From Epiperipatus broadwayi (Eukaryota; Animalia; Onychophora), in the NCBI GenBank assembly GCA_028023455.1, contig JAQFVV010000009.1:10292001-10356000 (forward strand): a stretch of DNA of 64,000 bases. The letters run 5' to 3'. The translations under genes were made by a program, and so were the position numbers. The notes under the pieces are model-generated. The model saw nothing but the letters and a program-made list of their open reading frames with translations, did no database searches and had not been told where the DNA came from. Numbering within the stretch: position 1 is the stretch's first letter; each line of letters starts with the position of its first letter. Positions 39,251 through 50,448 of the stretch are shown piece by piece.

Positions 39251-41573
39251 TTACTTATATATAATAATTTTAAATGTTATTGATGTTGAGCTGGCAATGA
39301 CATTTTGATGTATAAATTGGAGGCAATTTCTCATAATGACAATTAATAAAAGATTGAAATGTATTATGTTAAATAATAAAATAATATTATAAGTGAAGAC
39401 ACTAATTTCCAATTTTAGTTAATTATTTAAATATTAAATGATGTAAACACAAACATATCCAACAGAAATTCATTAGATTATAATAATATAAACACATTAT
39501 TTTTTAATTATCACTCTCTCTCTGTCTACTTTCATTATTTTATGAGCTTTTTAGTAATAATAATAATAAAATCACATTTGTGCCTTTTGTCTTTCAATTT
39601 AACTGATTTTTTTTTTTTAAATGGTTGTTATCATTTTCTCCATTTTCTGAACTTGTTTTATTTATCCTTTTTTTCTAAAAGTAAAATCTCTACTTGATTT
39701 TTCTTAATATCTTTATATCATACAAATTCTAAATAAATTTCCATAGCCATTAGGAAATGTTTAAGAATCAATCATTAATGAAACTTCTTACCTATATAAA
39801 AATCTTTTTGCTTTATTACAGTCCTTCAAAAATCATGTTAAATATCTTCTCATTGTTTAGTATGAATATTATATAGACAATAATAATATAAGATGATACT
39901 GATGCTTGCAATCATAATCATATTAACTGCATTTTTTACTAGAGAGAAAAAAACTATCACAAACTTATTCAGGATACTATGTTGAATAGATATAATGTTG
40001 ATCATTATGTAATCATCAGGGAGAGGTTAAGGTTGATTTGATAGAAACTAAAAATAATATTATATATCACATTGTTGTGTCCAAATTAATGATCTGAAAC
40101 AAAAAAATAATGCTGCAAATGAAGAAATTAAAACAGACACATTACACTTAATAGCATAACCATCATAAATCAAACCAAGGCAATGCATATGGATTATTGA
40201 GTCCTAGGAGTTCTTTTGTTTTACATATTTGAAAAAATATTAGGTTATATGTTATAAGCAATAAAAATTTTGCATAAAAATTCAAAAATTATAGTCATGC
40301 CATTACTTACACTGTGTGGGGATTTTCAAATCCTTTATTCATATAAATTTATTATTTTTTTCTAAAAAAAAATTTCAGGCTTAGATTTTCATTTTAAATT
40401 GTCGTCTAGCCTTCTACTATGGCCATTATTAAAAACTTGCAGTATCTATATATATATCAATTGTTTTAGAGAAGGACAAACTGTTGATGTTTTGTTTTTA
40501 TTTATATATAATAATAACTCATCTCATTAAAGCTTAATCTACTCAAATATATGTATAAATGCAGATTAAGTTTATATGTGTTTTCACATTAATTTTAGAA
40601 TTTTGTCTTTTATTCCATATTGATAATGGTAGATGTGATTTTATAGCTTTTTTTAATGAAAAAAATAAAATAAATAGATATCAGTGGCTGAAGATTTAAT
40701 TAATCTGATTTGTATTTTAATTTCATTTTGGAATTTATTACTTTGGAAAGTTAATTATATAATTTTATGATCCTTTTAAACTCAAATTTTACTTCTAAGT
40801 AATATATTGCACTAATAATATATTTAGCTATATAATAGAAGCTCACTAAAACTTAATTAAAAAAATTACTTTCATGTAATATCAAACAAAAGTTGTTTAC
40901 ATAAATAATAAAGACTCTTCTAGTATAGTTATTAGGATATTTTCTATAGCAACCATAATGTTAGGTTCAAATGCGGGTGGAGTTTGAAAATTTTTCCAGA
41001 CAGCTGAAAATTTGTCAATCACAACTAGGATTTTTTTCAGATAGTAGTTTATAGTCAATGCCAAATACTGCAACCAGGGGGCCTCTGGAGAGTATATGCC
41101 AAACTGAGTTTTATTCTTGTGAATTTCAAATCATAATTATAAGTATTTTAAATGATGTATTTGTAAACATTATTGCAAACAGAAAGATAGTTCTCTCTCT
41201 ATATATAGATTTTTTTTATAAATTATGTAGACAGACTCCTTATAAAAATTATACTAATATTATAATTTTAATTGTGATTAGCTTGTGTGAAAATAAATTA
41301 TTTATTTTGAAATTATTACTGGGGAATGAATGGAAGTCTAACAGTGTATGTCCAGAGATCTACACAATCTTAATTCAGCTATATCCATAGTTATAAAGTA
41401 TTAATTGTTTAATGGATATCTAACTATTTTTAGTTTAAGGATAAAAAATTTCAAGATAATTGGATTTGGTGACATAACTGTTCATGGAAAAACAACAAAT
41501 TTTTAAATACACTTTTTCTCTTCAAATCTTGATTTTTTTTATAAACCTTTTTTTATTATTATTTCAGTTTTTT

Positions 41574-41614
41574 TCCAACTTTTTGACCATATTGTATGAT
41601 CATTGTCAAGGATT
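41574..41614 (-). ncRNA. Type I hammerhead, U3:A8 variant, G12A (CpG decay)
   Basis: TCC-TTGACAA-T-GATC(ATACAATAT)GGTC-AAA-AAGT-T-GGA. Confidence 0.6.
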
Positions 41615-41787
41615 GTTCATTTCATTCAAATTATGCCAAATATCATTAAAATAAAATCACTAATAATCATTTCACTATGTTCTTTATAAATATGATTCAA
41701 TTTTAAAAAAAAAAATCTTTCTTTTCAAATCTTATGGATTTTTTTATGAACCCTTTTTTTTTATTTCAGTTTTCAAGGAAAACTGAA

Positions 41788-41828
41788 ATCATTGACAACG
41801 ATTATATAATATGGTCGAAACATTGGAG
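41788..41828 (+). ncRNA. Type I hammerhead, U3:A8 variant
   Basis: TCA-TTGACAA-C-GATTATA(TAA)TATGGTC-GAA-ACAT-T-GGAG; two-copy consensus stem III is ACGT. Confidence 0.65.
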
Positions 41829-42512
41829 GAAAATTGAAATAAAAAAAAAAGGTTTATAAAATAAATTAAAAAAAAAACAACAAGATTTGAAAAGAAAAAA
41901 ATATGTTAAAGAATTTATTGGGATTTTAAAATTTTTTAATATATTAATAGATCATATTTATAAAAAATAGAGTGAAATTATTATTATTAATTTTATTAAA
42001 TTGTTAATTGTTGATATTAAAATGAATACTTGTTTGTAATATAATGCCATTTCACTAATAATAAGGCTAGTCTTGCATAGCTCTCAGCCCTGAGTTTATA
42101 GTTTACTTTTATATATTGATAGCATTAAACAATGTTGACTTCTGTTTACATTTACATAATCATTAATGTAGTCAGTAGATATTAATAATGTTAATCTTAT
42201 AAAATAATAATTATTTTATTTTTTTCTTATTAATTATCATAATCTTTTATTTTTAAATTGTGTTAGGATAATGTTTTGCAGATGGTTTCATTCATAATAA
42301 AAGTTTTCAAAGAATTTAATCTTAAACTTTATTTTTGGCTAAAATCAGTCGATCAAAATCTAATTTTTTTTTTTTGAATGATTTGTTGTTATTGTATTAC
42401 TTTATTTTTTGAATTGTTTTGATATTATTTTATCATTGTCATTAATCTTTAGGGGATTATAAATATATTTATAATCAAAAGGCTGCTAATTTATCCCCCC
42501 CCCTATGTTTAA

Positions 42513-42584
42513 TGCATTGACCTGGAAGCGAACCTGGGCCAGCTGCTTGGAAGGCAGCTATTTTAACCACTAGGCCACCAACGT
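42513..42584 (-). tRNA. tRNA-Gly(TCC), probably pseudogene or decayed copy
   Basis: 72 nt ACGTTGGTGGCCTAGTGGTTAAAATAGCTGCCTTCCAAGCAGCTGGCCCAGGTTCGCTTCCAGGTCAATGCA; perfect anticodon arm GCTGC-CTTCCAA-GCAGC; 1:72 mismatch, T-stem A:A mismatch, A58C. Confidence 0.8.
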
Positions 42585-44989
42585 TTGACTAATGTCTCTT
42601 TAATCATAATTCAAATATCCAGGAAGTAAATTCACCTACTTATACTTTTTTTTTTTAAATGAAACTGTTTCCTGGTGGACAATAAGACAATTAATTAGTT
42701 ATACAGTATTTTTATTCTGCTTTTATTTCTGTTTGCACATAAATTAATTGTTGTTGTTTTTAACACGTGGAATATTAATACTTAGGCTAGGATGTAGTAA
42801 TTTACAATTTGGCAGGTTTCTTTTTAAATTTATGAACTTTTTTTACTTAATCTATAATAATATTAAGAATACTTGGCTAAATATTAGAAGCTAACTGCTT
42901 TATTTATAGAGACACTGTTGCATTATTGATTTATAGTGCATTTTTATTTGTTTAAAAGGAAATTTCATGCCAATACATTTATCATCAACAGGGATTGATA
43001 TTGGATGGTTAACTGTGTTGGATGAGATTATGTAGAATTCTTCAATTTTTCACATCAATTAGACCAGCTTGTTAACCACCATATTTTTAAATCAGATAAA
43101 CATATGATAAATATAAAGAGCATGTTTTTTTAAAATTTTGGTTAGATGAGAAAACGTTTGTGGTAATTTTATTTTGATCATATTGTGAGATTACAAAAAA
43201 AAAAAAAAAATCAAGTCAGATGTCACATGACCTAATTTAATTTAATTTAAGAGCTTACTTGTGAGCTCTATATATAATATTGTGAGATTATCCATTTTAT
43301 TAGAAAGGTGTATAATACTCAGAAGTTAATGATGAAAGAGGAATTTTAGAAGGACTTCATAACCACTACAATAAATATGTCATCAAAGCTTCTCAAAAAT
43401 CAAACAGTTGACTGATCATTTTGGAAGAATGTCATCCATATAATTATTAGGAGCAAACCTGAAATATCTACTAGTAATAAGTATTACAATGAGTGATATT
43501 TAAAAATAATTTTAATTTTAGAATTATGCATTTACTTGACCTAATAAGGGCCTCATGCTCATAATTTGAATTTTTTTAAAGCTACTCAACCTAGCTAGCT
43601 ATTAACCTTTTGATCAGGAAATGTATATCTAGTTATATTTAGCTATAGGTTACAGGTTATTCTGGATTATTGAAGTGAGTAATGAAGTGCTGAATATAAA
43701 ACAAAGTTTAATAATAATATGATGTAATCTTCAACCAAGAAGAATGAAAGTGTCATCTATTTATATTGAAGTTTAATATTTAACTCATTCTTTTAATGTT
43801 TATCGACATTTTATTCATACCTTTTATTCAATTAATATTTGATCAGATTAATACTGTATTTATAAGTTCATTGACAGAAATTCAAGTTATTTTTAAATCT
43901 CTTTTTTTTTATACCTATGTTGTATTTCTGAAGCTGTTAATCTTGTCATTTTTTTGATTGTTATCACTTTATTTACTTTTTGTTTTTAATTTATAGCTTT
44001 TAGATTGTTTTTTTTTTAATGAATGAAGTGAAAAATATTATAATGAAATTAAACTTATTGATAAAATAAAATCAATTATCTTTTCTGTATTCATTTCAGC
44101 ATTACAAATATTGTTTGTGTTTTTCTCTTTTTGAAGCAATTAAATATCTTTTGGAGTCAAACTGATAACTCTGAAATGTCATTCAAATCAATTAATTATT
44201 GTTTTCATTTATTTAAAAATTACATAATTGTTGGTATTGTCTAATTTAATTGTTTGACAATAATCACATACAAACAAATAGGAGGATTTTCATTTATTTT
44301 TGCTTCCTCTTTCCTTCTTTAGATAATTTATTTTTCAAAAATATAACTTTTATTCGACCTTATATATACAGTAACATTTCAGTATGAATGCAGGTCTGAT
44401 GATTAAAATGCTGAAATAAATTATGTTGGGGGTGGGGGGGCGGTGGAAGACTGATGCTTAAGCTTTGTTTTTTGGTTATTTCATTCTATTACACTGATAT
44501 TTAAGTGGATAATCTTGTTATCAAGAAGAACATTTAACATATTTAATAGTTTGAAATACTGTATGCTTTCTACTATTCCTAGACTGAATATCTTTTTCTT
44601 AATGATTTTATATAATAATGATGATAATAATAAAAGTTCAATTGATAGCTCCAGAAAAACTAACTAGAGTGAATTACTGCTAGTGAAAATGTTGAAAGAA
44701 CAAAGAGAAAATCATGTGTTGCTTTGTTTGTTATAATAATAATGACAACCATAATTTTAGCATGACAAATCTGTTACCAGTGGCAAAGGCTGCATTTTGT
44801 TATAATTATATTGTTGTTTCATGATTATTGGGATCTTTAACTTTCAGATTAAGCAAGCTAGATTTATTGGTCAATATTAGGTAGTTATCTAAATTTATTA
44901 AAGATTTAGATACAAAGCTGATCAAATGTTATTATTTAATCATCTGACTTTATTACTTAGTTGCTTCAAATCTGCATTCAGACTATCAT

Positions 44990-45474
44990 TGTAATACAAG
45001 ATTTCTTTGAAAACTTTATGTGCCAAAATTATATGAGTAAAGCAGTATTGGCATTATTAACACCTAACCCGCAAAGCTACTACTGTTTACTTTTTATTAT
45101 TAAGGCACAGTCAGATCCATCATGCTATTCCATCCTTGCACTACATTAGAAACTGGCAGGACCCCAGTGTGAACCACAAGAAATCAACCTGGTCTGCAAA
45201 GAGACACACGATGTGAAAAGAAAAATGAAAAAGGCTTGCTTCATCACTATGGATTGCAACACTATCAATCATAAAGACACATACTTCTCAATATCGAAGA
45301 AATGGAGCAATTAATATTTAACTTTGTATAATTTGCATATAATTATAGAGTTACTTCACTCAGAGCTATGAATATGAGAGCACACCTCTCAAAAGAGCTC
45401 AGCAGAGAAATTTAATAATAAAAAGTAAACAGTAGCTTTGCGGGTTGTGTTAATAGCACCAATATTGTTTTACT
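44990..45474 (+). mobile_element. 5'-truncated PLE (GIY-YIG C-terminal tail + HHR) with inverted terminal copy
   Basis: EINLVCKETHDVKRKMKKACFI...NTINHKDTYFSISKKW; arms 45033-45103 and ~45411-45477; 15-bp TSD CATTCAGACTATCAT at 44975-89 and 45475-89; 43-nt extension. Confidence 0.85.
45359..45407 (+). ncRNA. Type I hammerhead, A3:U8 variant, G12A (CpG decay)
   Basis: GCT-ATGAATA-T-GAGAG(CACAC)CTCTC-AAA-AGAGCT-C-AGC; perfect 5-bp stem II; CUC site. Confidence 0.7.
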
Positions 45475-47950
45475 CATTCAGACTATCATAAGTTAGCATA
45501 TTATTTTTATTAATTATTATTCAAAGTAAGCTACTTCATTATAATCATGGGTTATTCTATGGTTTCATGACTGGTTCAATTTTCTTTTTGCATCATATTT
45601 ATACAGAATAAGAGTTCTTTACATTCTGCAGTTTTTATATAATTAGTTAAAAATAATTAGACTTTTGATAGTGGAGAAATAGTTATAGAGTAGTGAAAGA
45701 AATTAGTGTTAAAAAGATAAACTGTGATTCTCTGTGCCCTGAAGGGTATTATGCCTTTCTCATCAGTACTGATATCCATATCATATTATAATCATAATTT
45801 CTATTAATTAAGTAAATGCATACAATCATTTGACCAATCCAAATTAAATTGAGATCTTTAACATCTTGCTAATAATAGGTAGATACCAAATTATCCATCA
45901 ATGTTGAATAGCAAATAGGGATTGCTATAAGCTAACTACATAAAAGAAAACTCATAACGCTGTTTGGGGTATGAAACAACTTTAAAATTCACTCAATTAG
46001 ACTTGAATCCCAAGTCATTGATATGACAGGCAACTTGCACTAATCAATAGGATAACAGTATTTCTCTTTTTTTATGTTATACTTTGTAAATTAAATGTAA
46101 ACTAAAGAAATTAAGTAATTTTTTGTATGATAGTACAAGTCCATAATAAATCTTTATCATTTATTATATGCTAATATGAAAACTTGATTTTTATAAATCA
46201 TTTATATATGCATGTGTATGTATTTAAAAGTCATAATTTATTCAACATTGAAATCTTAATGATTGTAGCATTAAATACTTTTTTTTTTATCAACCAGTAA
46301 TTAAATATTAATGTAAAAAGATAAATTAAAAATTAATATTATTTCAGTTTTTCAAATATCAAACACTCTCTTATATCCATTTTTCATGTACAATTAAAAA
46401 CAAAAATAATGTCTTTAAGAAACAAATAAATTTGGACAAATGTAATAAATTATCTCAAAAATGAAATTAACAGAATTCAAAGGTTACATTAATTAATATA
46501 CTTTTGATAGTGTTTTAAATTTTATTCAGATTTCTATTACGTTTTGTTTGGAATTTAAAATTGCATTATTACTTTGGTAACTGATTTTATTTCTATATAT
46601 ATATTTTTTTCTATCTTTAAATATTAAAATGCTAGAAAGATTGAAAGGCGCTGACAAACGATCCTCTGCGATGATGAATATTATCATTTTGTCATAATAC
46701 TCGTTGCCAAGTTACTTAACAGAGAACTTAATATACATAGGAATCTATTCAAACTTTTTAAGTTTTAATATAGTGTTCTAAAAAGTTTTTGTTTTTTTTT
46801 TATTTCACTTGAAGAATGTTTATCTATATGTCTTTTAATATAATTTTTTATCTGAGCTAGATTTTTTGTGAGTAAGTAAATGATTGGTTTTCTGGGTATT
46901 TTATTATTATTATTTAAATAAATGTCCAATTTTTTATGAACAATGCATTTGATAAAATTCAATAAAGTAATCATATAAGGGAGCACTATATTTCCATTTA
47001 TATGACCAAATTAAGATATTTTTGTTTATTTTCCATACTTTAGATTTTGAGTTCTGTCTTTCTTAGCACTTAAACTGTACTTATTAGAAGATAAGATTCA
47101 ACATTAATCTAGGAAATATCTTCCATAGCGATTTCTTGATGCTTCCAGTTTTCTACATGCATTTCACACTTATGATTAAAGACATCTGAAGAAGGACAAA
47201 TGACATACTATAATATTACACATGGAATAAAAAAGTGGCTGAACTTAAATTAATGATTCTAAGTAATATATCTAGTAAGAAAGATTTATTAATCTTTAAA
47301 TAAGTTTAAAGTTTATATCAGACTTAAAAATGATATAATAATCATTAATGTAATAATCGATTTGTGCTCATTATTAATGTATTTATCATATTTATCTTAA
47401 GATATTGCTATTAAAAGAATAAATGAAAGAAGTTTGGCACTTGTAAATTGAATTGTAGGGAGACCTGTTTTTGAAGTGTTTTATGGCAAAAAATCATTGT
47501 CATGGACATAAACATATCTCTTGAAATGAAAGTTTGATTGATGGTTGAAAGATTTGGCTTTAAAAAAAAATATATATATTTTTTAAAGTATTGATGCAAT
47601 AAGTGAAAAAAAATGCTATAAATAGAGCATTGATAGGATCAGTATTTTGAAAAAACATTTTAGGAATTTATATTGAACAGACCTCATTATATATGTGTGT
47701 ATTTAAGTACTTATATATGTATATGAGGATTTTCTGGAGATTAAAAACATGTTTTTGAGATAATCACTTGACATAAGATTAAATTATATAAAGGCTGAGA
47801 ATAAGAGTCAAAATTTATGTTATTTACAATTGAACAAACATGGATAATTACTGGTAATATGTAGGATATATGAGCACAGACTTTAAGATGACCCATCACT
47901 CTCCACTCTATCTAATAATACTGATACACTCAAGCACATATATGCTGAAA

Positions 47951-48020
47951 AGATAAATAATCACCAATATATGTATTTCATGCTAAACCAGCAATCATCA
48001 GTTGGTCCAGATTATCATCT
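47951..48020 (-). ncRNA. Extended type I hammerhead ribozyme (HH-470 family)
   Basis: AGATGAT-AATC-TGG-ACCAA-CTGATGA-TTGCT(GGTTT)AGCAT-GAA-ATACATAT-A-TTGGT-GATT-ATTTATCT; intact core and long bulged stem I; U.U at 10.1:11.1. Confidence 0.88.
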
Positions 48021-48085
48021 CCCACACATATATACTCTAAGTGCTCAGATATATATTAAGATAGACAATCTTCATACTTTAATGG

Positions 48086-48129
48086 ACCAACTGATGATTG
48101 CTGGTTTAGCATGAAATACGTATATTGGT
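48086..48129 (+). ncRNA. Type I hammerhead ribozyme (HH-470 family)
   Basis: ACCAA-CTGATGA-TTGCT(GGTTT)AGCAT-GAA-ATACGTAT-A-TTGGT; palindromic stem III ATACGTAT; predicted cleavage after A48124. Confidence 0.9.
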
Positions 48130-48725
48130 GATTATTTATCTTTTCAGCATATATGTGCTTGAGGGTATCAGTGTTATTAGATAGAATGGAGAGTGATGGG
48201 TCATCTGAAAGTCTGTGTTCATATACCCTACATATTACATATATAGACACAGGTATAGGATAAGCCTGTGTTTCAGTTAAGAACTGGTAGTAAATTTCCA
48301 AAAGATCAGTTTTCTGTTAGAGGACAACAGATAATGATTCTTAGAAAAGTTCTAAAATGAAGATAATAAGATGATATTAAAAAGATATTAAATTATTATA
48401 GAAAAAGTGATTTATAGAAAACTATGAGGTGATGAAAAGGCTTTGCTATTTAGATGGTATTCAGGGGTGAGAATGATATATATATATTATTCTAATATTG
48501 GAATCCATTGTTGCAATAATTCTTGAATTTGAAATGCTTTAATAATTTTAAATTAACGAATAGTGGAAATATATATATATATAACAAAATAAATGTGTGT
48601 TATAGATACAATATGTAAAACTTTAATATGTGTTAGTATTAAATATGCACACATTATATAATTCGAATATGATATAGTGGACAATTATCTTGAACAATTC
48701 TATAAATAATAACAATTTATTAAAT

Positions 48726-48766
48726 CTCCAAACCTTTTCGAAGGCTTACCCTTCATTATCAAGAAG
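48726..48766 (-). ncRNA. Type I hammerhead, U3:A8 variant, in PLE 3' repeat
   Basis: CTTC-TTGATAA-T-GAAGG(GTAAG)CCTTC-GAA-AAGGTT-T-GGAG; perfect 5-bp stem II; two-copy consensus stem III is AACGTT. Confidence 0.75.
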
Positions 48767-50411
48767 TACAAATTCTCTTATCGTTTTTCAACGATATACT
48801 GATATGTAAATATTCGACCAAAACCGGGTGAAAATGCAAATTAGAATCAGAGCGCCTCCACTCGCCATTTCTTTGACAAGGCTTAAAACAACTCTCTTTT
48901 GTTCATTGCATGCTCATCTGAGATGATCAAACACACCTCCTTAATCTTCCTTCGCAAATCACTCTGCTCCCTACACAATACTCTTGGTCCATCTGGTCTG
49001 CATGAATGAACCACAGCCATTGCATGCTGCACAAAAATTGAAGGGTGGGATGAATCAGCTAAGGCCTTATTGTATGAATGCACATGTTTGGAATTATCTT
49101 GTTTGAACCGATGCTTTCGTCTCCCCATAATATGCAGCTGGGCAGTTGTTTTTGCTACATGCGATCTTGTAGACTGCATGCTGTGCTTGCACAGGAAGAA
49201 TATAATCTTTGGTGTTGTTTATACACCTATTCAAATTAGGGAGCAACCGAAAACACACACAGAACTCTGAGCAAAAGATCATGCACATTTTTCTATAAAT
49301 ACTTTGGGATATATGGAAGCAAAATTCACGGTTTATCTTGTTTACACACGTGATTAGACCCTTTTTTAAATTTCTCAATATTATCATCAATGGCTCGTTG
49401 GTTATATTGTGCCTTAATGAGCTCATTTCTATAAGTTTCAATATTGCTTATTTTGTCAGCTTCAAAACTACACAAGCAGTTATTTCTATGTAAAAATAAT
49501 TTGAGGCCAGCAAATTTATGTATATCTGGTGTATTTGATAAGTAATGTATATGGCCTCTGATATTAATTGGCTTAATGTTCATTTTGTAATAAAAGCGAT
49601 CAGCTTCAATCATTACTTGTAGGTCCAAATATTTAATACTGTTCGATGCTTCTTCCTGACTTACATTTATGTTAAGCCTGATGCTGTTATGAGGTCAGCT
49701 TTAATATCCTCAATGGTTTCCTCTGGAGCAGCTACAAAGATATCATCCACATGCCTAGCATACAGAACTAATCCATTATTCATATATCTAGGCACAATAA
49801 TTCATTCATATGCGTTCATTATAAGACTGGTGATGATAACCACTCATTGGAAGACCCATAGGCCAACCATTGAGCATATGATACCACTCATGATTGAAAA
49901 CTGCATAAATATTTTGGTTCATTCATTCTAGCAGAGCAACAACAAACTTGATCCGCTCAAGGTCCATTCCATAATTAATGAGTGCTTCTTTTACCACAAT
50001 GATCGACTTAGGTCTATCACTTGATCCATATAGCTCTGCTACATCAAGTGCAGTCATTCCTGTGTGTTGCTCTGGATGTACATTTTTCAATTTCTCAATA
50101 AAATCAAATGATGATTTGACAGAATACTCTCCATATCCAGTAGTTTGGGTGATCCACTTATTTATGATCTTGGCCACTTTATAGTAGTGTACTCCACCAA
50201 AGTTGATCATCAGCCTTAAAGGCACACCTTCTTTATGGGTTTTGGCATTTGCAAAAATTCTTGGGAAAGTAGTGACCGAAGGATACATTTGCAGGTATTC
50301 TGCCTTAATAAATGCTTTGAATGTGTGCGGCCTAAGCACAAACAATACGAATTTATCTTTGTTTAACTTGAAATTAATCTCAGGCACTTTTTGGAATTTT
50401 AGCTTGTCAAT

Positions 50412-50448
50412 TTGATAATGAAGGGTAAGCTTTCGTAAACGTTTAGAG
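50412..50448 (+). ncRNA. Truncated second copy of the U3:A8 hammerhead at the inversion junction
   Basis: TTGATAA-T-GAAGG(GTAAG)CTTTC-GTA-AACGTT-T-AGAG; 5' strand of stem I lost at the junction; A13T. Confidence 0.65.

Larger units (their letters stand above)
41440..42035. mobile_element. Tandem plus inverted array of a ~200-nt non-coding HHR unit (called HH-200 here)
   Basis: Minus strand reads post-cleavage segment (41775-41620), HHR (41614-41574), post-cleavage segment again (41574-41440); plus strand reads HHR (41788-41828) then ~200 nt ending in aatgaatacttg, which resembles the HHR-upstream aatgaacaatccttg. Confidence 0.65.
47857..48282. mobile_element. Inverted dimer of HH-470 fragments
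   Basis: Arms ~47854-48009 and ~48083-48238 nearly identical in reverse complement; junction at TGGAC microhomology; candidate TSD ACTGGTA at 47850-56 and 48283-89; 44-nt extension; homologous to 22.7-23.7 kb. Confidence 0.85.

Noticed and set aside
44390-44425. CTGATGA...GAAA with HHR-like spacing
   Set aside because: The intervening ttaaaatgct cannot form stem II; also too short for a C/D snoRNA.
45735-45775. Minus-strand CTGATGA followed by a GAAAGG/CCTTC-type hairpin
   Set aside because: Followed by AGGG instead of GAAA, with no stem III or stem I.
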